A stretch of 64,000 nt of DNA from the human T2T-CHM13v2.0 reference genome, Homo sapiens. This document shows, in pieces, positions 46,774-63,934 of this stretch. The translations under genes were made by a program, and so were the position numbers. Every line of letters starts with the position of its first letter. Within the stretch, counting starts at the first letter, position 1. The notes below the pieces were generated by a model. That model was not told where the DNA came from. It saw only the letters and a list, made by a program, of their open reading frames with translations, and searched no databases. The DNA lies in assembly GCF_009914755.1 (NCBI RefSeq), contig NC_060934.1. One strand, given 5' to 3'.

Positions 46774-47287
46774 GTAAGCATAACAATTTCTTTTCTTAAG
46801 TAATTCAAAATCATAATGATGATTCAAATCAGTATGAAACTATAATTTGAAAACTAAATTAAAGGAACCTAAACATCATGATAAATATTGTTAAAATCAT
46901 GGATTTCAGACTGGGTTTTACTGTGTCTAGATTGAATTGAGAGAGTCAAGAAGACATTTTCACCAATAATGAAAGGGAACACCATTCTGCATTTGTGAAA
47001 AGTCTCAAAATGATCTCGTGTTTTAAAGTAAGGGGAGTTTCTTCTTATTACTGAGCCCATAGAGTAACAAGGGGTAGTATACAAAAATATTAGTAAGGAA
47101 ATGTCCCTTCAGTGATAGAAATCAACTATTTCATAATGATTAATAAATATGAATAGATACTTCATAATATTTTATTTAAAATATTTTTTAATTTATATAT
47201 AATATATACTTATATGTAATTTAGTCTACTTGACATTTTTTCATTTTTCCTGAACTTGTCACTTTATTTTATTACCAAAAATCTCTC

Positions 47288-47590
47288 AGCCATGCATGAT
47301 GGCTCACACCTGTGATCCCAGCACTTTAGGAGGCCAAGGCAAGAGGATTGCTTGAGCTCAGGAGTTTGAAACCAGCCTGGACAACATGGCAAGACCCCAT
47401 CTCTACAAAAAGTAAAAAATAAAAAAATTAGCCAAGCGTGGTGTCATGTGCCTGTGGTCTCAGCTACTTGGGAGGCTGAGGCAGGAAGATCAAGGCTGCA
47501 CTGAGCTGTGTTTCTGCCACTGCACTCCACCCTGGGCAACAGAGTGAGATTCTATCTCAAGAAAATAAAAAACAAAACAAAACAAAAACT
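47288..47590 (+). mobile_element. AluJ
   Basis: Dimeric with a small right-arm deletion. Confidence 0.88.
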
Positions 47591-47651
47591 CTGTTTATTT
47601 AAATGGAGACATCTTTAGGCCACGTGCTATTCATATTATAATAAGTCTTGA

Positions 47652-47955
<304 letters not shown>

Positions 47956-48047
47956 TCACTTTCAAATTAGTGAGAACTCCCTGCAACTCTGGAAAAAGAT
48001 TTCCCAAAGACTTGCTGTGCCTACCAAAAATGTGAAAAGCAAAATAG

Positions 48048-48408
<361 letters not shown>

Positions 48409-48551
48409 CAGGATTTCTTTGTTTCTATCATTTCTAGTAGTTTTGTAGTAAACCATTAAGTGCCAGTGACTCTTTCTTGATAAATTATAATATACATCTT
48501 GCGATTTTCTCTTTTTCCTACACTTTTTTTATTTGCCACATAAATTTATTA

Positions 48552-48904
<353 letters not shown>

Positions 48905-49360
48905 TGCTATACACTTTAGTAAAATTATGATGGCAATAGATAACATATACTTGCACATATGAAAAAAGCAAATTTAGCCTCACCAATTCATAACAGCCAC
49001 ATGCTTTATAATCAGTTCAATTAAAGTTAAAATTTAATCAATATTTCAACTTAATTGTAGTCATCTCAACTAACGCTTTCTAAGCACTAACTCAGTGCCT
49101 GGTATCACAGTACTGACAATGATAGGAGCAATGATACCCAGCAAGATATAAACATAGTGATATTACACTACAGTAATAAGACACTCTTCTCATTAAGGAA
49201 TCAAGATATACACATGTGGCCTAATTTGGATACAGGACAAGACAATTAAAAACTACTGCTACGTATGGAAAATTAAATTTGTATGGAATTAGATTAAGAA
49301 TAGATTTGTTTTGTCTTCCCTTTAAAACACTGCTAAAACAAGTTCAAAATATTTTGCCCA

Positions 49361-49720
<360 letters not shown>

Positions 49721-50292
49721 ATATATAAAAAAGGCTTACAGTAAAATAAACTGTTTTTACACGTTTAGGAAACCCAAACTTTAGTCCAAGTACTGTAAAC
49801 TAGCACTATTAGCATTACTGCAATATGCTGTGTGACATTTATGATGATGATGTCTGACAAAGCTTATTTGTTACTGAGTAGGCTTTATTCCAGCTGCTCC
49901 CATTTCCTCAGTCTGGTTCATCATATCTATAGCAGCTAGAATTCTCCTCATGGATCACTTCCTTCCTGTCTGTCCATCCTTTGCTCATTACATTCACCAT
50001 ATAATGTATGCCTGATCATCAAAGTACTCCACCAAGACTACTCACCAACACCACCCCAACTACACCACATGATCTAATCAACATTCAGGATCACACATCT
50101 GCTCTACCATAGTAATCTCACACCTGGAAGAAATCCTAAGGAGATCTCTCCTCCCTCCCTCTCACTCTGAAAATTTATGTCTTTCCTTTCTTTTAAAAGT
50201 TAACTCCCAGCTTACTGTCTTCATTAAGTTTCTACCATTTAATCCCATAATTTTTTAACTCCTTGCCACCTATGGTGTTTTAATTTCTGCTA

Positions 50293-50664
<372 letters not shown>

Positions 50665-51202
50665 CTACAGTTAGGTGGTGAGGCTATAGAAGCTCCGTCT
50701 TCACCCCAAAGTCACAGGCACATTAAATCCCCATTGGTTGAAATCCAATTTCTTCTAAATAGCAGCAGTACTCTCTTTGCCCTCCAAATGCTTAGGGAAA
50801 ACTCCCCTTCCATCCATTTCCAATGCTCCCCCCTCTGCTACTTTTCTAAAACTCTAAGATGTTACATTATAGGATTTCCTACTTAGGCATCTATTCGTGT
50901 GCTTGGATTTGACTTTATAGCTGGTATGTCAGGTGCCCCAGTGTAGAGAACACATTTCCCCCAATATTTTTTCTTGGTGTTAGAAACTCAGTCGGATTAA
51001 CCATGCAACAAATGCAGCAACAGTTCTTTTAGGAATTCCTACGCTTGTGCTATTGAATTAAAATATTCTCAATCTTCTCATATCATAACCAATCAAGATA
51101 ATGATTCCTTTCTACTCAAATATTATGCTTAAAAATTATCTTCTTTCAGTTTTTCCAGATGCAAATAGGTTTTTATACCATTAATGTGATTTTCCCTACT
51201 AG

Positions 51203-51495
51203 AGTCCTTAAATGCACTGGAAGACCAAGATTTAGATGCTCTCATGGCAGATCTGGTAGCAGACATAAGTGAGGCTGAGCAGAGGACAATCCAGGCACAG
51301 AAAGAGTCCTTGCAGAATCAACATCATTCAGCATCTCTACAAGCATCAATTTTCAGTGGTGCAGCCTCTCTTGGTTATGGAACAAATGTTGCTGCCACTG
51401 GTATCAGCCAATATGAGGATGACTTACCACCTCCACCAGCCGATCCTGTGTTAGACCTTCCACTGCCACCACCACCTCCTGAACCTCTCTCTCAG
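51203..51495 (+). CDS. APBB1IP: APBB1IP coding exon (aa 54-151; talin-binding site 2 and LPPPP EVH1-binding motifs)
   Basis: Acceptor ccctactag|AG, donor CAG|gtaagt, 293 nt. Overlaps ORF 51244-51561 (MADLVADISEAEQ...LPPPPPEPLSQ). Confidence 0.97.
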
Positions 51496-51561
51496 GTAAG
51501 TATGTGGGACCAGAGATGGCAGGACCATCAACCTCTGCTACCTATCACTGATGTTCCTTGA
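51496..51561 (+). CDS. APBB1IP: Possible alternative terminal extension (VSMWDQRWQDHQPLLPITDVP*) giving a 172-aa isoform
   Basis: The frame stays open 21 codons past the donor to TGA. I recall a 172-aa short isoform in annotation, but have not verified it. Confidence 0.55.
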   Translation, partial: VSMWDQRWQDHQPLLPITDVP

Positions 51562-52743
51562 AGTGATCATTACATTCCTAAGTTGGTACATCCAAAGATC
51601 TGAGATACTAAAAAACAAAGATACAGAGCACGCTCATTGCAAAGCTAGAACCCTCCGTAAGCAAGCCACATGGGTGTGTATCAAGAATGTATTAGGGCCA
51701 TATTCAGGATTTACTGTAGTTTGCTTAAAAAATATTTGTATGCAAAAACTATTTGATAAAACTCAATCTTTTGGGGGAAATGTTTTATTAACATCATATT
51801 GAAATGTGGAACTGATTATATATTTCCATGTCCCTGTTCTTAGCTCAGTACATAGAGAATAGAAGGCATTCATTATACATTTTCTGAGTAGAGTGAAATT
51901 GAATTTTGTTGAACTTGGCAGCCCTGTTCAGTAGGACAGGTACATCCAAGTATCACTTGTAATGTCATAGTTGGGGAGGGTGTTACAAAGCAGGCAGATG
52001 ATGGGTGCTTGATATTGATAAATTTCTGAATATTGAAAAACAGACAACTGGAAAGTTTAAATGATCATTATTTGGGATGTTAACTCATAGTATGTCTCTC
52101 ATAAAAGTAAAAAAAGCACTTTTAAGGATTTTCTTTTTAGAGTAAGCCAAATATTTTAGAGGAGAGTCCAGTTCAATTTCCTGTGGCTTCTACAATGGTC
52201 ACACTGTGTCATGATGTTTGGTACTCACAAATAAGACCCTAGGGACCCCGAAAGGTCATACAATGCCTTTTGAATGAACAAATATTGAATATAAATCAAA
52301 TATTAAATTATACTCTATCACACACAGTGCTCTATTGTGTACTTATTATAGAAAATTTATGTGAAAATGGAGATCGATATAGAACAGAGACTCTTAATGT
52401 ATGGTCCATGAAGATTTCGAGGGGGCCATGCACCCGCTGAAAGTAAACAAAGTACAAAGTTGAATGGACTTGTGAAGCTTTATGGGCTTTCTTAAAGGGG
52501 CTTGTGGCTCAAAAACAATTTGAGAACCACTGCTATAAAAAGATACATGCCTATATTCAAGTAATTAGAATGTAACCAGAACAGCTCATTTCCTCAACAT
52601 TATAAATAGAAGAGATACTTAACTTGCAAAAATCAAAGAGCTTTGGGCTCATAAAATACTTCACTCACTTTTCAGCCTGTTCATATGAGCTTGTCAGTGC
52701 TTTTGTTTTTTGGTGAATTGTAAGTTTAAATTTCAGTCTCTTG

Positions 52744-53041
<298 letters not shown>

Positions 53042-53580
53042 TCAGTCTCTCTTAACCTTTGGGGGCATTAAGAACCCCTTTAAGAATCTAATAAAAAATT
53101 GGAAATCCCCAAAAAGACATCCTGATCCAAAAGTATGCATATAATTTCAGGGAATGTTCAAATCCCTGGAGATGTGTCAATCTATAGATTCCTTAGGTCG
53201 GATCCCAGTTTGTGAGCCAAGCGGATTTTTCTGGTCTAAATATACGAACCACTGTTAAAGTCATCATTTCATCTTTTAAGTTACCATTCCCAAGCTATAA
53301 AGAGTGACTGCCTTCTATATCTTTGAGTTGAAGAATTTTGTTATAGTCATCTAAATTCTGAAAATTGAACGTTTCAGGTAATGGATACCCCATTTATCCA
53401 GATGTAATTATTACACTTTGTATGCCTTTAAAAAGTAATTAATAAATTCTGAAAATCAAGCATGTGAAATTTGGTACCTTTTGTTAATACAACGTAGCTG
53501 AGACACTAGCAATGACAGAAGTGATTACTCACTGGTATTACTTAATGGACTGTATTGAAGAATATCTTGCCCTTTTCCAG

Positions 53581-53658
53581 GAAGAGGAAGAAGCCCAAGC
53601 CAAGGCTGATAAAATTAAGCTGGCGCTGGAAAAACTGAAGGAGGCCAAGGTTAAGAAG
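53581..53658 (+). CDS. APBB1IP: APBB1IP coding exon (aa 152-177, coiled coil EEEEAQAKADKIKLALEKLKEAKVKK)
   Basis: Acceptor cccttttccag|GAA, donor AAG|gtgaat, 78 nt, phase 0-0. Confidence 0.97.
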
Positions 53659-53737
53659 GTGAATCATGAATCCCTTTTGCATGGGGGCAGTTCAATTAAG
53701 GACCTGTGATTATGCTTAATGATAAAAAACAAAATAA

Positions 53738-54137
<400 letters not shown>

Positions 54138-54801
54138 TCAGTTAGCTCACTTGTGATTGATAAATAAGGGACTTGTGTTAATATAAATGTAGAGGTTTCC
54201 TTGGCTTATACATGATTTTTTTTGCTGGCTTATACATGAATTTTCCTGGGAGCTGGAATGATGGGAGTAGAATTATACCTTCAACAAGAAAGGAAAGGGC
54301 CTTTGGCTTGGGTGCTGTACAGGCAGGGGCCCTTTCAGCTCTATCTTAAGACATTTTAAAACAAGTTTGCACATCCAGGGCTCCCTTCCTTTGAGCTGCC
54401 CTCTCCAGGACTTTGCAAAATTCTTGGTTGATAGCAGGTGGCGCCACCTTTGGGGAATGCCTAACTGGGTCAGAGCTCAGCTTCTGTCGGCCTGGCCTCT
54501 GCTTTTCCTCAATTGCTCTTGTCTACTTTTCCTATGCCCTGGGGCAGCCGTCAGCCCTGCTGCTGACCTAGATGTCCAAGTTATATCCCAGGGTACCAAA
54601 TGCTGTTTTTGCTGGTGCTCTGGTTTCAAAATAGGTTTTGAGTAATCTGCCCTTAACCCAACTTTCCTAATAAGCCTGTAAGTTGATCATGCATTTTTTC
54701 AGAGTATAGGTTTTTGAAGAACACATGTATTGTATTATAACAGCAGATACAGCTGTATTTAACTTCACTAGAAGAATATACCTAATGATAATAAAGTGTT
54801 A

Positions 54802-55117
<316 letters not shown>

Positions 55118-55161
55118 GTTAATTTGGTAAATTAAGGCAAAGATGAAACAGTCTTCATCGT

Positions 55162-55438
55162 GTTTTGTTTTGAGACAGGGTCTTGTTCTATCACCCAGGC
55201 TGATCATGGCTCACTGCAGCCTTAAACTCCTGGGGTCAAGCAATCCTCCTCCCTCAGCCTTCTGAGTAGCTGGAACCACAGGCATGTACCACCATGCCGG
55301 CTGATTTATTTTTATTTTTTGTAGAGTTGAGGCCTCCCTATGTTGCCTAGGCTTTTCTCGGACTCCTAGGCTCAAGCGCGCCACCCATCTCAGCCTCACA
55401 AAGTGGTGGGATTACAGGTGTGAGCCACCATGCCTGGC
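55162..55438 (-). mobile_element. AluJ
   Basis: Antisense; TSD tcttcatc. Confidence 0.9.
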
Positions 55439-55666
55439 TCTTCATCTGATTTCAACTCCTGAAGCAAATAACATCTCTGAGACTCATTGAGGATTTTCTG
55501 CTAAGAGTTGTGTGAATTGTCCTTTTCACATAGGGCTTTACGCTTTCTATTCCCATGGCACCTATCACAGTTCTCTGAATGAAGGTGTTCAATACCTGCC
55601 GATGGATGGATATTCAGGAAGTAGTCCTTGGCTACCCCTGGAGCCAGACTTTCAAGGTTCATCTAG

Positions 55667-57590
<1,924 letters not shown>

Positions 57591-57595
57591 TAAAG

Positions 57596-57895
57596 GGCCA
57601 GGCACAGAGGCTCACACCTCTAATCTCAGCACTTTGGGAGGCCGAGGCAGGAGGATCGCCTGAGGTCAGGAGTTAAGACCAGCCTGGGCAACATAGCAAG
57701 ACCCCATCTCCACAAAAATAAAAATTGTTTTTAGTTAGCTGGGCATGGCGGTTCACACATGTAGTCCCAGCTACAGGTGGCTGAGGCGGGAGGATCCCTT
57801 GACCCCGGGAATTCAAGGTTGCAGTGAGCTGTGATCATACCACTGCACTCCAGCCTGGGTGGCAGAGCAAGATCTTGTCTCTAAAATAAATAAAT
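57596..57895 (+). mobile_element. AluJ
   Basis: Full-length; TSD ggtcata. Confidence 0.9.
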
Positions 57896-58959
57896 ATGGG
57901 TCATACTGGCTACTTTGTAGAAAATGGATTGTAGGGGCAAGGTATGAGAGCAGGATTGTAGCACAAAATCTCACACATGGATAAACATGTAGAATTGATC
58001 ACACATGGTTGGCAGCTGAGGATGAGCTGTGCTGAGTCATTGACTTTACCTCTCAAGATAAAAAGACAAAAGAAAATGGTAAAAGTAAACTTTCTAATTA
58101 GACTATTTCAAACCCCTGGATTATGTATAAAATATATTGTTTATGTATTTTCAGAAGGGGAAATGAAAAGAGAAGTAAGTTGTTTCTTAGATTAAAAGAT
58201 AGAACAGCCAGCAGATTCCATTCATTCGCTTCAGCTGGAGACTAAGAGAACAGGAGGAGAGGGCAGGTATTTCCTGCCATATATCAGACAGTGAGAAAGT
58301 GTTGCCATGATTTAGTTTAGATGAATTATAATGGCACACACAAAGCACAAGCTGCCTTGATTCAACAAAGAAGATGGAAAACAGAAGCCGCTCTGATCAG
58401 TGAGGAAGAAAAGAAAATTACGAAGACAAGTTATGTATTTGCTCTGATTTCAGACACTCCGAATGTATTTGTTCTGTGGTGCAGAATATTAAGAAAATAA
58501 CAGACACGCTCATGCATTAAAAGAATAACCGCAATGTACTCATGCATAATCTACAACATGTTTTTAAAGGATGGAAATCAAATCTATCTGTCATACTTTG
58601 CCCTCAAGTATTCTGTGGGCTGTTGACATCATTTTGAATTACAAATGATGTATACAGCTTGTGCTACAAAGATTTTGGAACTAGAAACAGAATCAGACTC
58701 ATGCATTACTTTTATTGTTTTTTTAAAAATGCCCTGGGACACCAGAGAACAATTCCATTTATAAATTTTAGTATAGAAGCAAAAAAAAAACAAAAAAAAC
58801 CCCCCACAAAACTGTAAATGATTTAGGTCTCAGATATTTTGTGTTTAGCATCTTGCAAAAAAAGAAGAAATTATAAAAAATTATAAAAGTTATAAAATCT
58901 TTAATAGATCATTTAAGTTTTTTCACCCTTGAATCACTTTGCCCCATAAATATGAAAGT

Positions 58960-59030
58960 ATTTAGCTTGCTAAATCACATAACTGTGATTTAGCTTACTA
59001 AATCACATAACTGTGATTTAATGTTATGTG
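58960..59030. repeat. 28-bp tandem duplication built from inverted repeats
   Basis: atttagctt(g/a)ctaaatcacataactgtg twice. Confidence 0.93.
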
Positions 59031-59971
59031 TTGGTATAGAGCTACTCTAGCTTGCAAACGTGAGGGAAGCTGTGAAGAATAGTAAATATAATTTCTTCTT
59101 GCTAAACATCACAAGGCTTCTCTTGGTTATATGTGTGTGTGTGTGTTTTCTAAATTCTATAATTGTGGACATTCATAAGTACGTGTAGATTAACTCTAGT
59201 TTCCAATTTCTGCAAAAAAACACCTTTAATCATTGCCAAATTATGTGGTTTAGTATTTTTTCTCTGTATGTATGTTTTTATAGAACATAAAAAACAGCAA
59301 CATATGTTTTATTTTCTTAAGAATTCCTAAGCAGGATTGAGATGTAGTCAAACATCATTAATCTTTCCATCAGGAACATTAAATTTTCTAAGCCTTAACA
59401 TTGGTAGTGTGTCTTAGCACATGTAGCTACTTTACAGCAGTAATTCTCAGCAGAGAGCAGCAAGTACACCTTCCACAGAAAATAAATCCTAGTAAAGACT
59501 GCTATTTGAAGAATTTCTCTATTTCCATACAACCCTCCATGACTCATTTCTAAGGTCAGATGAATGGATCTTTGACACCTACCATTTATAGTTGGGCCTA
59601 CCATTTTATCATCAAAATACAAATACAGGGAAAAAGCAACTATCCAACTACAGATGTCTGGGCTAGAGATTTTCAAGGGGGAAAAAAAAGTGTTCTTTAG
59701 GAAACCCTGGGATAAGGCTCTGATTTAAATGGTCCCTGGAGGAAGAAAGCATTTTGACTGCCCCATGTCTACATTTTGATCTTGGGGGTGTTTGTGAATG
59801 TTGGAAATAGAAGGTATTACATGATTGCTTCAACTTGTGGTTGCTGCCTGCAACTCACCCAAATGGTTACCACCACACACACCCTTCCATTGCTATCAGT
59901 AACTCTGCAGAACCATCTATAGGAACTACACTCTTCAACCTGTTAACTATAGAGTGTTAGGAAAGAATAAA

Positions 59972-60063
59972 GCTACAGCCAGCCATACAACCCTGGTTGT
60001 ACTCTATCTCATCCGATCTCAGAAGCTAGACAGGGTTAGGTCTGGTTAGTACTTGGATGGGAG
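59972..60063 (+). pseudogene. 5S rRNA pseudogene, 3'-truncated at about nt 89 (possibly RNA5SP307, from memory)
   Basis: gccatacaaccctg...gatctcagaagctagacagggttaggtctggttagtacttggatgggag aligns to 5S rRNA with many CpG-type substitutions. Confidence 0.92.
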
Positions 60064-60339
60064 GTAGGAATAGGACAGAACCTGGCTGCTCAGAACCTAA
60101 TCCAAACTTGTGGAGAGAAAGAAATGTTACCAAATTTATGGTTTCTCTCTCCTTTTTCAGTCCATCTAATCACTTTTTTAATAACAATGAGTCTTATCGT
60201 TGAATAACCGGGACCAACCGTTAAGCTCATATGCTACAAATACACAGGTATCAAAGAAAATCCAAAGCCTAGCTGCATAACTTCAAGAATTAATTCTGTT
60301 ACATTACATGAAAATCACGGTCTCTCTAACGAATAAGAT

Positions 60340-60653
60340 CTTTTTTGTTGTTGTTGTTTTCTTTTCTTTTTTTGAGACAGAGTCTCGCTCCACCCCCCAT
60401 GCTGGAGTGCAGTGCTGCAATCTCGGCTCACTGCAACCTCTGCCTCCCAGTTTCAAGCGATTCTCCTGCCTCAGCCTCCTGAGCAGCTGGGATTACAGGC
60501 ACATGCCACCAGGCCTGGCTAACTTCTGTATTTTTAGTAGAGACGGGGTTTCATCATGTTGGTCAGGCTGGCCTTGAATTCCTGACCTCATGATCTGTCC
60601 ACCTCGGCCTCCCAAAGTGCTGGGATAACAGGCGTGAGCCACCATGCCCGGCT
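60340..60653 (-). mobile_element. AluS
   Basis: Full-length antisense. Confidence 0.9.
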
Positions 60654-60836
60654 GAATCAGATGTTTTAATAACTTTGACAAGTTGCCTAGAAAAAGTCAA
60701 GGATATTGTGTTTTTACTGAAGATAAGTAAATGCAGCTTCCTCCAAACCTACAGATTTGGAATGAGATTACTACCAATTTTATTGTGAATTTAATTCAAT
60801 AGAATATTTTGAAAATGGAATAAAAAGTAAATTAGG

Positions 60837-61117
60837 GGCTGGATACAGTGGCTCATGCCTGTAATCCCAGCACTTTAGGCCGGTGAGGCAGGAGAATTGC
60901 TTGAGGCCAGGAGTTTGAAACCAACATGGGCAACATAGTGAGACCTTGCCTCTACAAAAAAATGAACAAAAATTAGCTGGGTGTGGTGGTGCACACCTGT
61001 GGTCCCAACCACTCAGGAGGCTGAGGTGGGAGGATCAGTTGAGCCCAGGAGGTTCAGGCTACAGTAACCCAAGATGACACCACTGCACTCCAGCCTAGGC
61101 AACAGAGCAAGACCCTG

Positions 61118-61125
<8 letters not shown>
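60837..61125 (+). mobile_element. AluJ with (CA)n tail
   Basis: Full-length Alu. Confidence 0.9.

Positions 61126-61126
<1 letters not shown>

Positions 61127-61172
<46 letters not shown>
61127..61172. repeat. (CA)23 microsatellite
   Basis: Pure run at an Alu tail. Confidence 0.97.
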
Positions 61173-61174
<2 letters not shown>

Positions 61175-61441
61175 TGAAAATTAGATTTATCATGTGCCTG
61201 CAAAACAGCTTATTTCTCAGTCTACATTCATTTCACTTAATCCAACTGTGATCTCAAATGTGCCCTGCTCTAACTATCTGTCTCTCAGTGGGGCCCCCTC
61301 AGTGATACCGTGTTAACATACGCTCTGTGGACCTTTAGAGAATTGTAGATTAACCAACTTGGTCTTATTTGGTGTCTTCAGACTCTTGGGTTGCATGAAA
61401 TGGGACTCAACTCCAGCTAAGCAAAAGAGAAGAGTTTATTA

Positions 61442-61780
<339 letters not shown>

Positions 61781-62142
61781 CTAGAAAAGTTTCTGGGCTC
61801 CAGGATGGAATGAGAACAAGGGAAAGATTATTGGGAAAGAAAGAAGCTAACACTTTTTTTGTTCTGTTGTTTTCTGTCTCTCCCACCAGACTGCCTGTCT
61901 CTGAAGGCTAGACAAGGACTGTGTTTATTATCTATTTTCTATTTTTGTGAATTGGTTTCTCCACCTCTGTAATCCTAGCACCTAAAACAAGTGCTTGGCA
62001 TGCAAGTTAGTTTAGATGGAGCAAGTTCACCAAACACATTCTTACAGAAATTTGCAGAAACAATAGCAACTTTGAAACCCTCATCTTAGTAGCCTTCTCC
62101 AGTTGCTGAAATTTACTGGCTGCCCCATGGTTCTATCCTCAG

Positions 62143-62302
62143 CTCGTCGTCAAGGTGCACATGAATGATAACAGCACAAAGTCACTGATGGTGGATGAGC
62201 GGCAGCTGGCCCGAGATGTTCTGGACAACCTTTTCGAGAAAACTCATTGTGACTGCAATGTAGACTGGTGTCTTTATGAAATCTACCCGGAACTACAAAT
62301 TG
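62143..62302 (+). CDS. APBB1IP: APBB1IP coding exon (aa 178-230, Ras-association domain LVVKVHMNDNSTK...YPELQI)
   Basis: Acceptor ttctatcctcag|CTC, donor ATTG|gtaagt, 160 nt. MRL-family RA domain sequence. Confidence 0.97.
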
Positions 62303-62394
62303 GTAAGTCCCATCCCCAGCAATGGGCTGTACTCCAAAAACCTTGTGGGTTTGCTGTATAATGGGCTTGGGTTTATTCTTTTTTTCTCTTTAAT

Positions 62395-62525
62395 TTTATA
62401 TAAAAAATAGACACATGCTCTCACTATGCTGCCCAGGCTGATCTCAAAATCCTGTGCTCAAGCGATCCTCCCACCTGGGCCTCCCAAAGTGCTGTGATTA
62501 CAGGTGTGAGCCACTGCGCCTGGCC
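62395..62525 (-). mobile_element. Alu monomer (FLAM)
   Basis: Single-arm antisense. Confidence 0.85.
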
Positions 62526-62976
62526 TGGTTCATCCTTGAGAAGACTTTGGTTCAAGGCTTTCAATTCCCTTATATGAGATTTAGTGCTTGACTCTTCATT
62601 TCATTGTAGTGAAGAACTTGGATTCTAGCAGGTGGTGGCCAGACCTTGGGGGATATAAGCACTATTACTGCTGCTTCTCTAGTGGTTCCATAAGGGAAAG
62701 AGAGTGGCTGGATGATACTTACTAAGATGCTGCATGCTTAATAAGCTGAGCAGGTGGCAGGAGAGCCTGGGTATCTGTTGGCTAATGCCCCTTTAGTGGT
62801 TGCTTCCTTAACTGACCATAACCCTGCCATAGCCTCCCACAAGTGCTCATTTCCCCTTCCTCCCTCCCCACTGGCTTAGTCTCTGATGCTTTGTCTAGTG
62901 GAAGAGTTTCAGCCTCAGTGCAAAGAACAGTTGGTAGACACTGATGGAATTTTTCAAAAGTGGAAAAAAAGGTTAA

Positions 62977-63171
<195 letters not shown>

Positions 63172-63531
63172 TAATAATGGGACAGTCGTCTCTCAGGAGA
63201 GCTGGGTGGGACGGAGAATTGCCTGTGCTGGAAGCTTTGGGAGCAATTTTTTTTCTGGATAAGATGGTTTACACTAAAGCAGTCCCTTAAATTTCTCTTC
63301 AATTCTGTGAGTCAAGGGAAGAAATGAAAGCCTTTCTTTATGTTTTAATTCAAGCATTCACACATTGCTTTTAGAGTGTTAAGGAGTGATGTTTTAGAGT
63401 ACACACTGGCTCTCACAATTTCATTCAAAGTGTTTCACCAGTCATTGACTGATTGTCCACCTCACGTAGAATGTTTGCCACCATCTGGGACTATTTAAAG
63501 TAAAAAATGTCGATATGAAAAAAGTATGTCT

Positions 63532-63690
63532 CTGGGTACACTGGCATATGCCTGTAGGCTGAGCTACTTGGGAGGGTGAGGCAGGAGGATTGCTTGAGCC
63601 TTGAGCCTGTGAATAGCCACTGCACTCCAGCCTGGACAACACAGTAAGACCCCATCTCTTAAACAAAATGAAAGAAAAAAAGAAATAAGT
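63532..63690 (+). mobile_element. Alu monomer (FAM/FRAM-like)
   Basis: Single arm with gtgaatagccactgcactccagcc. Confidence 0.8.
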
Positions 63691-63934
63691 GTGACAGCTG
63701 ACCATTGTCACTGTGTTATGGGTTTTTTCATCTTGTTTATAATGGAAGATAACTTGAAGACAATGAAAGAGAAACATAATAGAAATGTTACAGTGTGGCA
63801 TCATGTGAGAATTATTAATAAGAATCCCAGGCACCTGATGAAAGTCATGAAGCATTAACTCAATAATAGCTTGTTTCTCACTTGGAAACCCTGATGTCTT
63901 GGGTCTGAAAGAATACCTTTTCTTATTTCATCAG

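Noticed and set aside
53641-53664. Alternative in-frame donor AAG|GTTAAG 9 nt upstream of the real donor
   Set aside because: Poor match at +3 and +5; no support from sequence alone.
53512-53709. 65-aa stand-alone ORF (likewise 62155-62361)
   Set aside because: An internal APBB1IP exon plus chance open intronic flanks; the splice sites define the real boundaries.
58960-59030. 28-bp palindromic repeats as a CRISPR array or bacterial operator
   Set aside because: Only two contiguous units with no spacer, in a eukaryotic context.
59972-60063. Functional 5S rRNA gene
   Set aside because: Lacks the last ~30 nt and the T-run terminator, and is heavily diverged.
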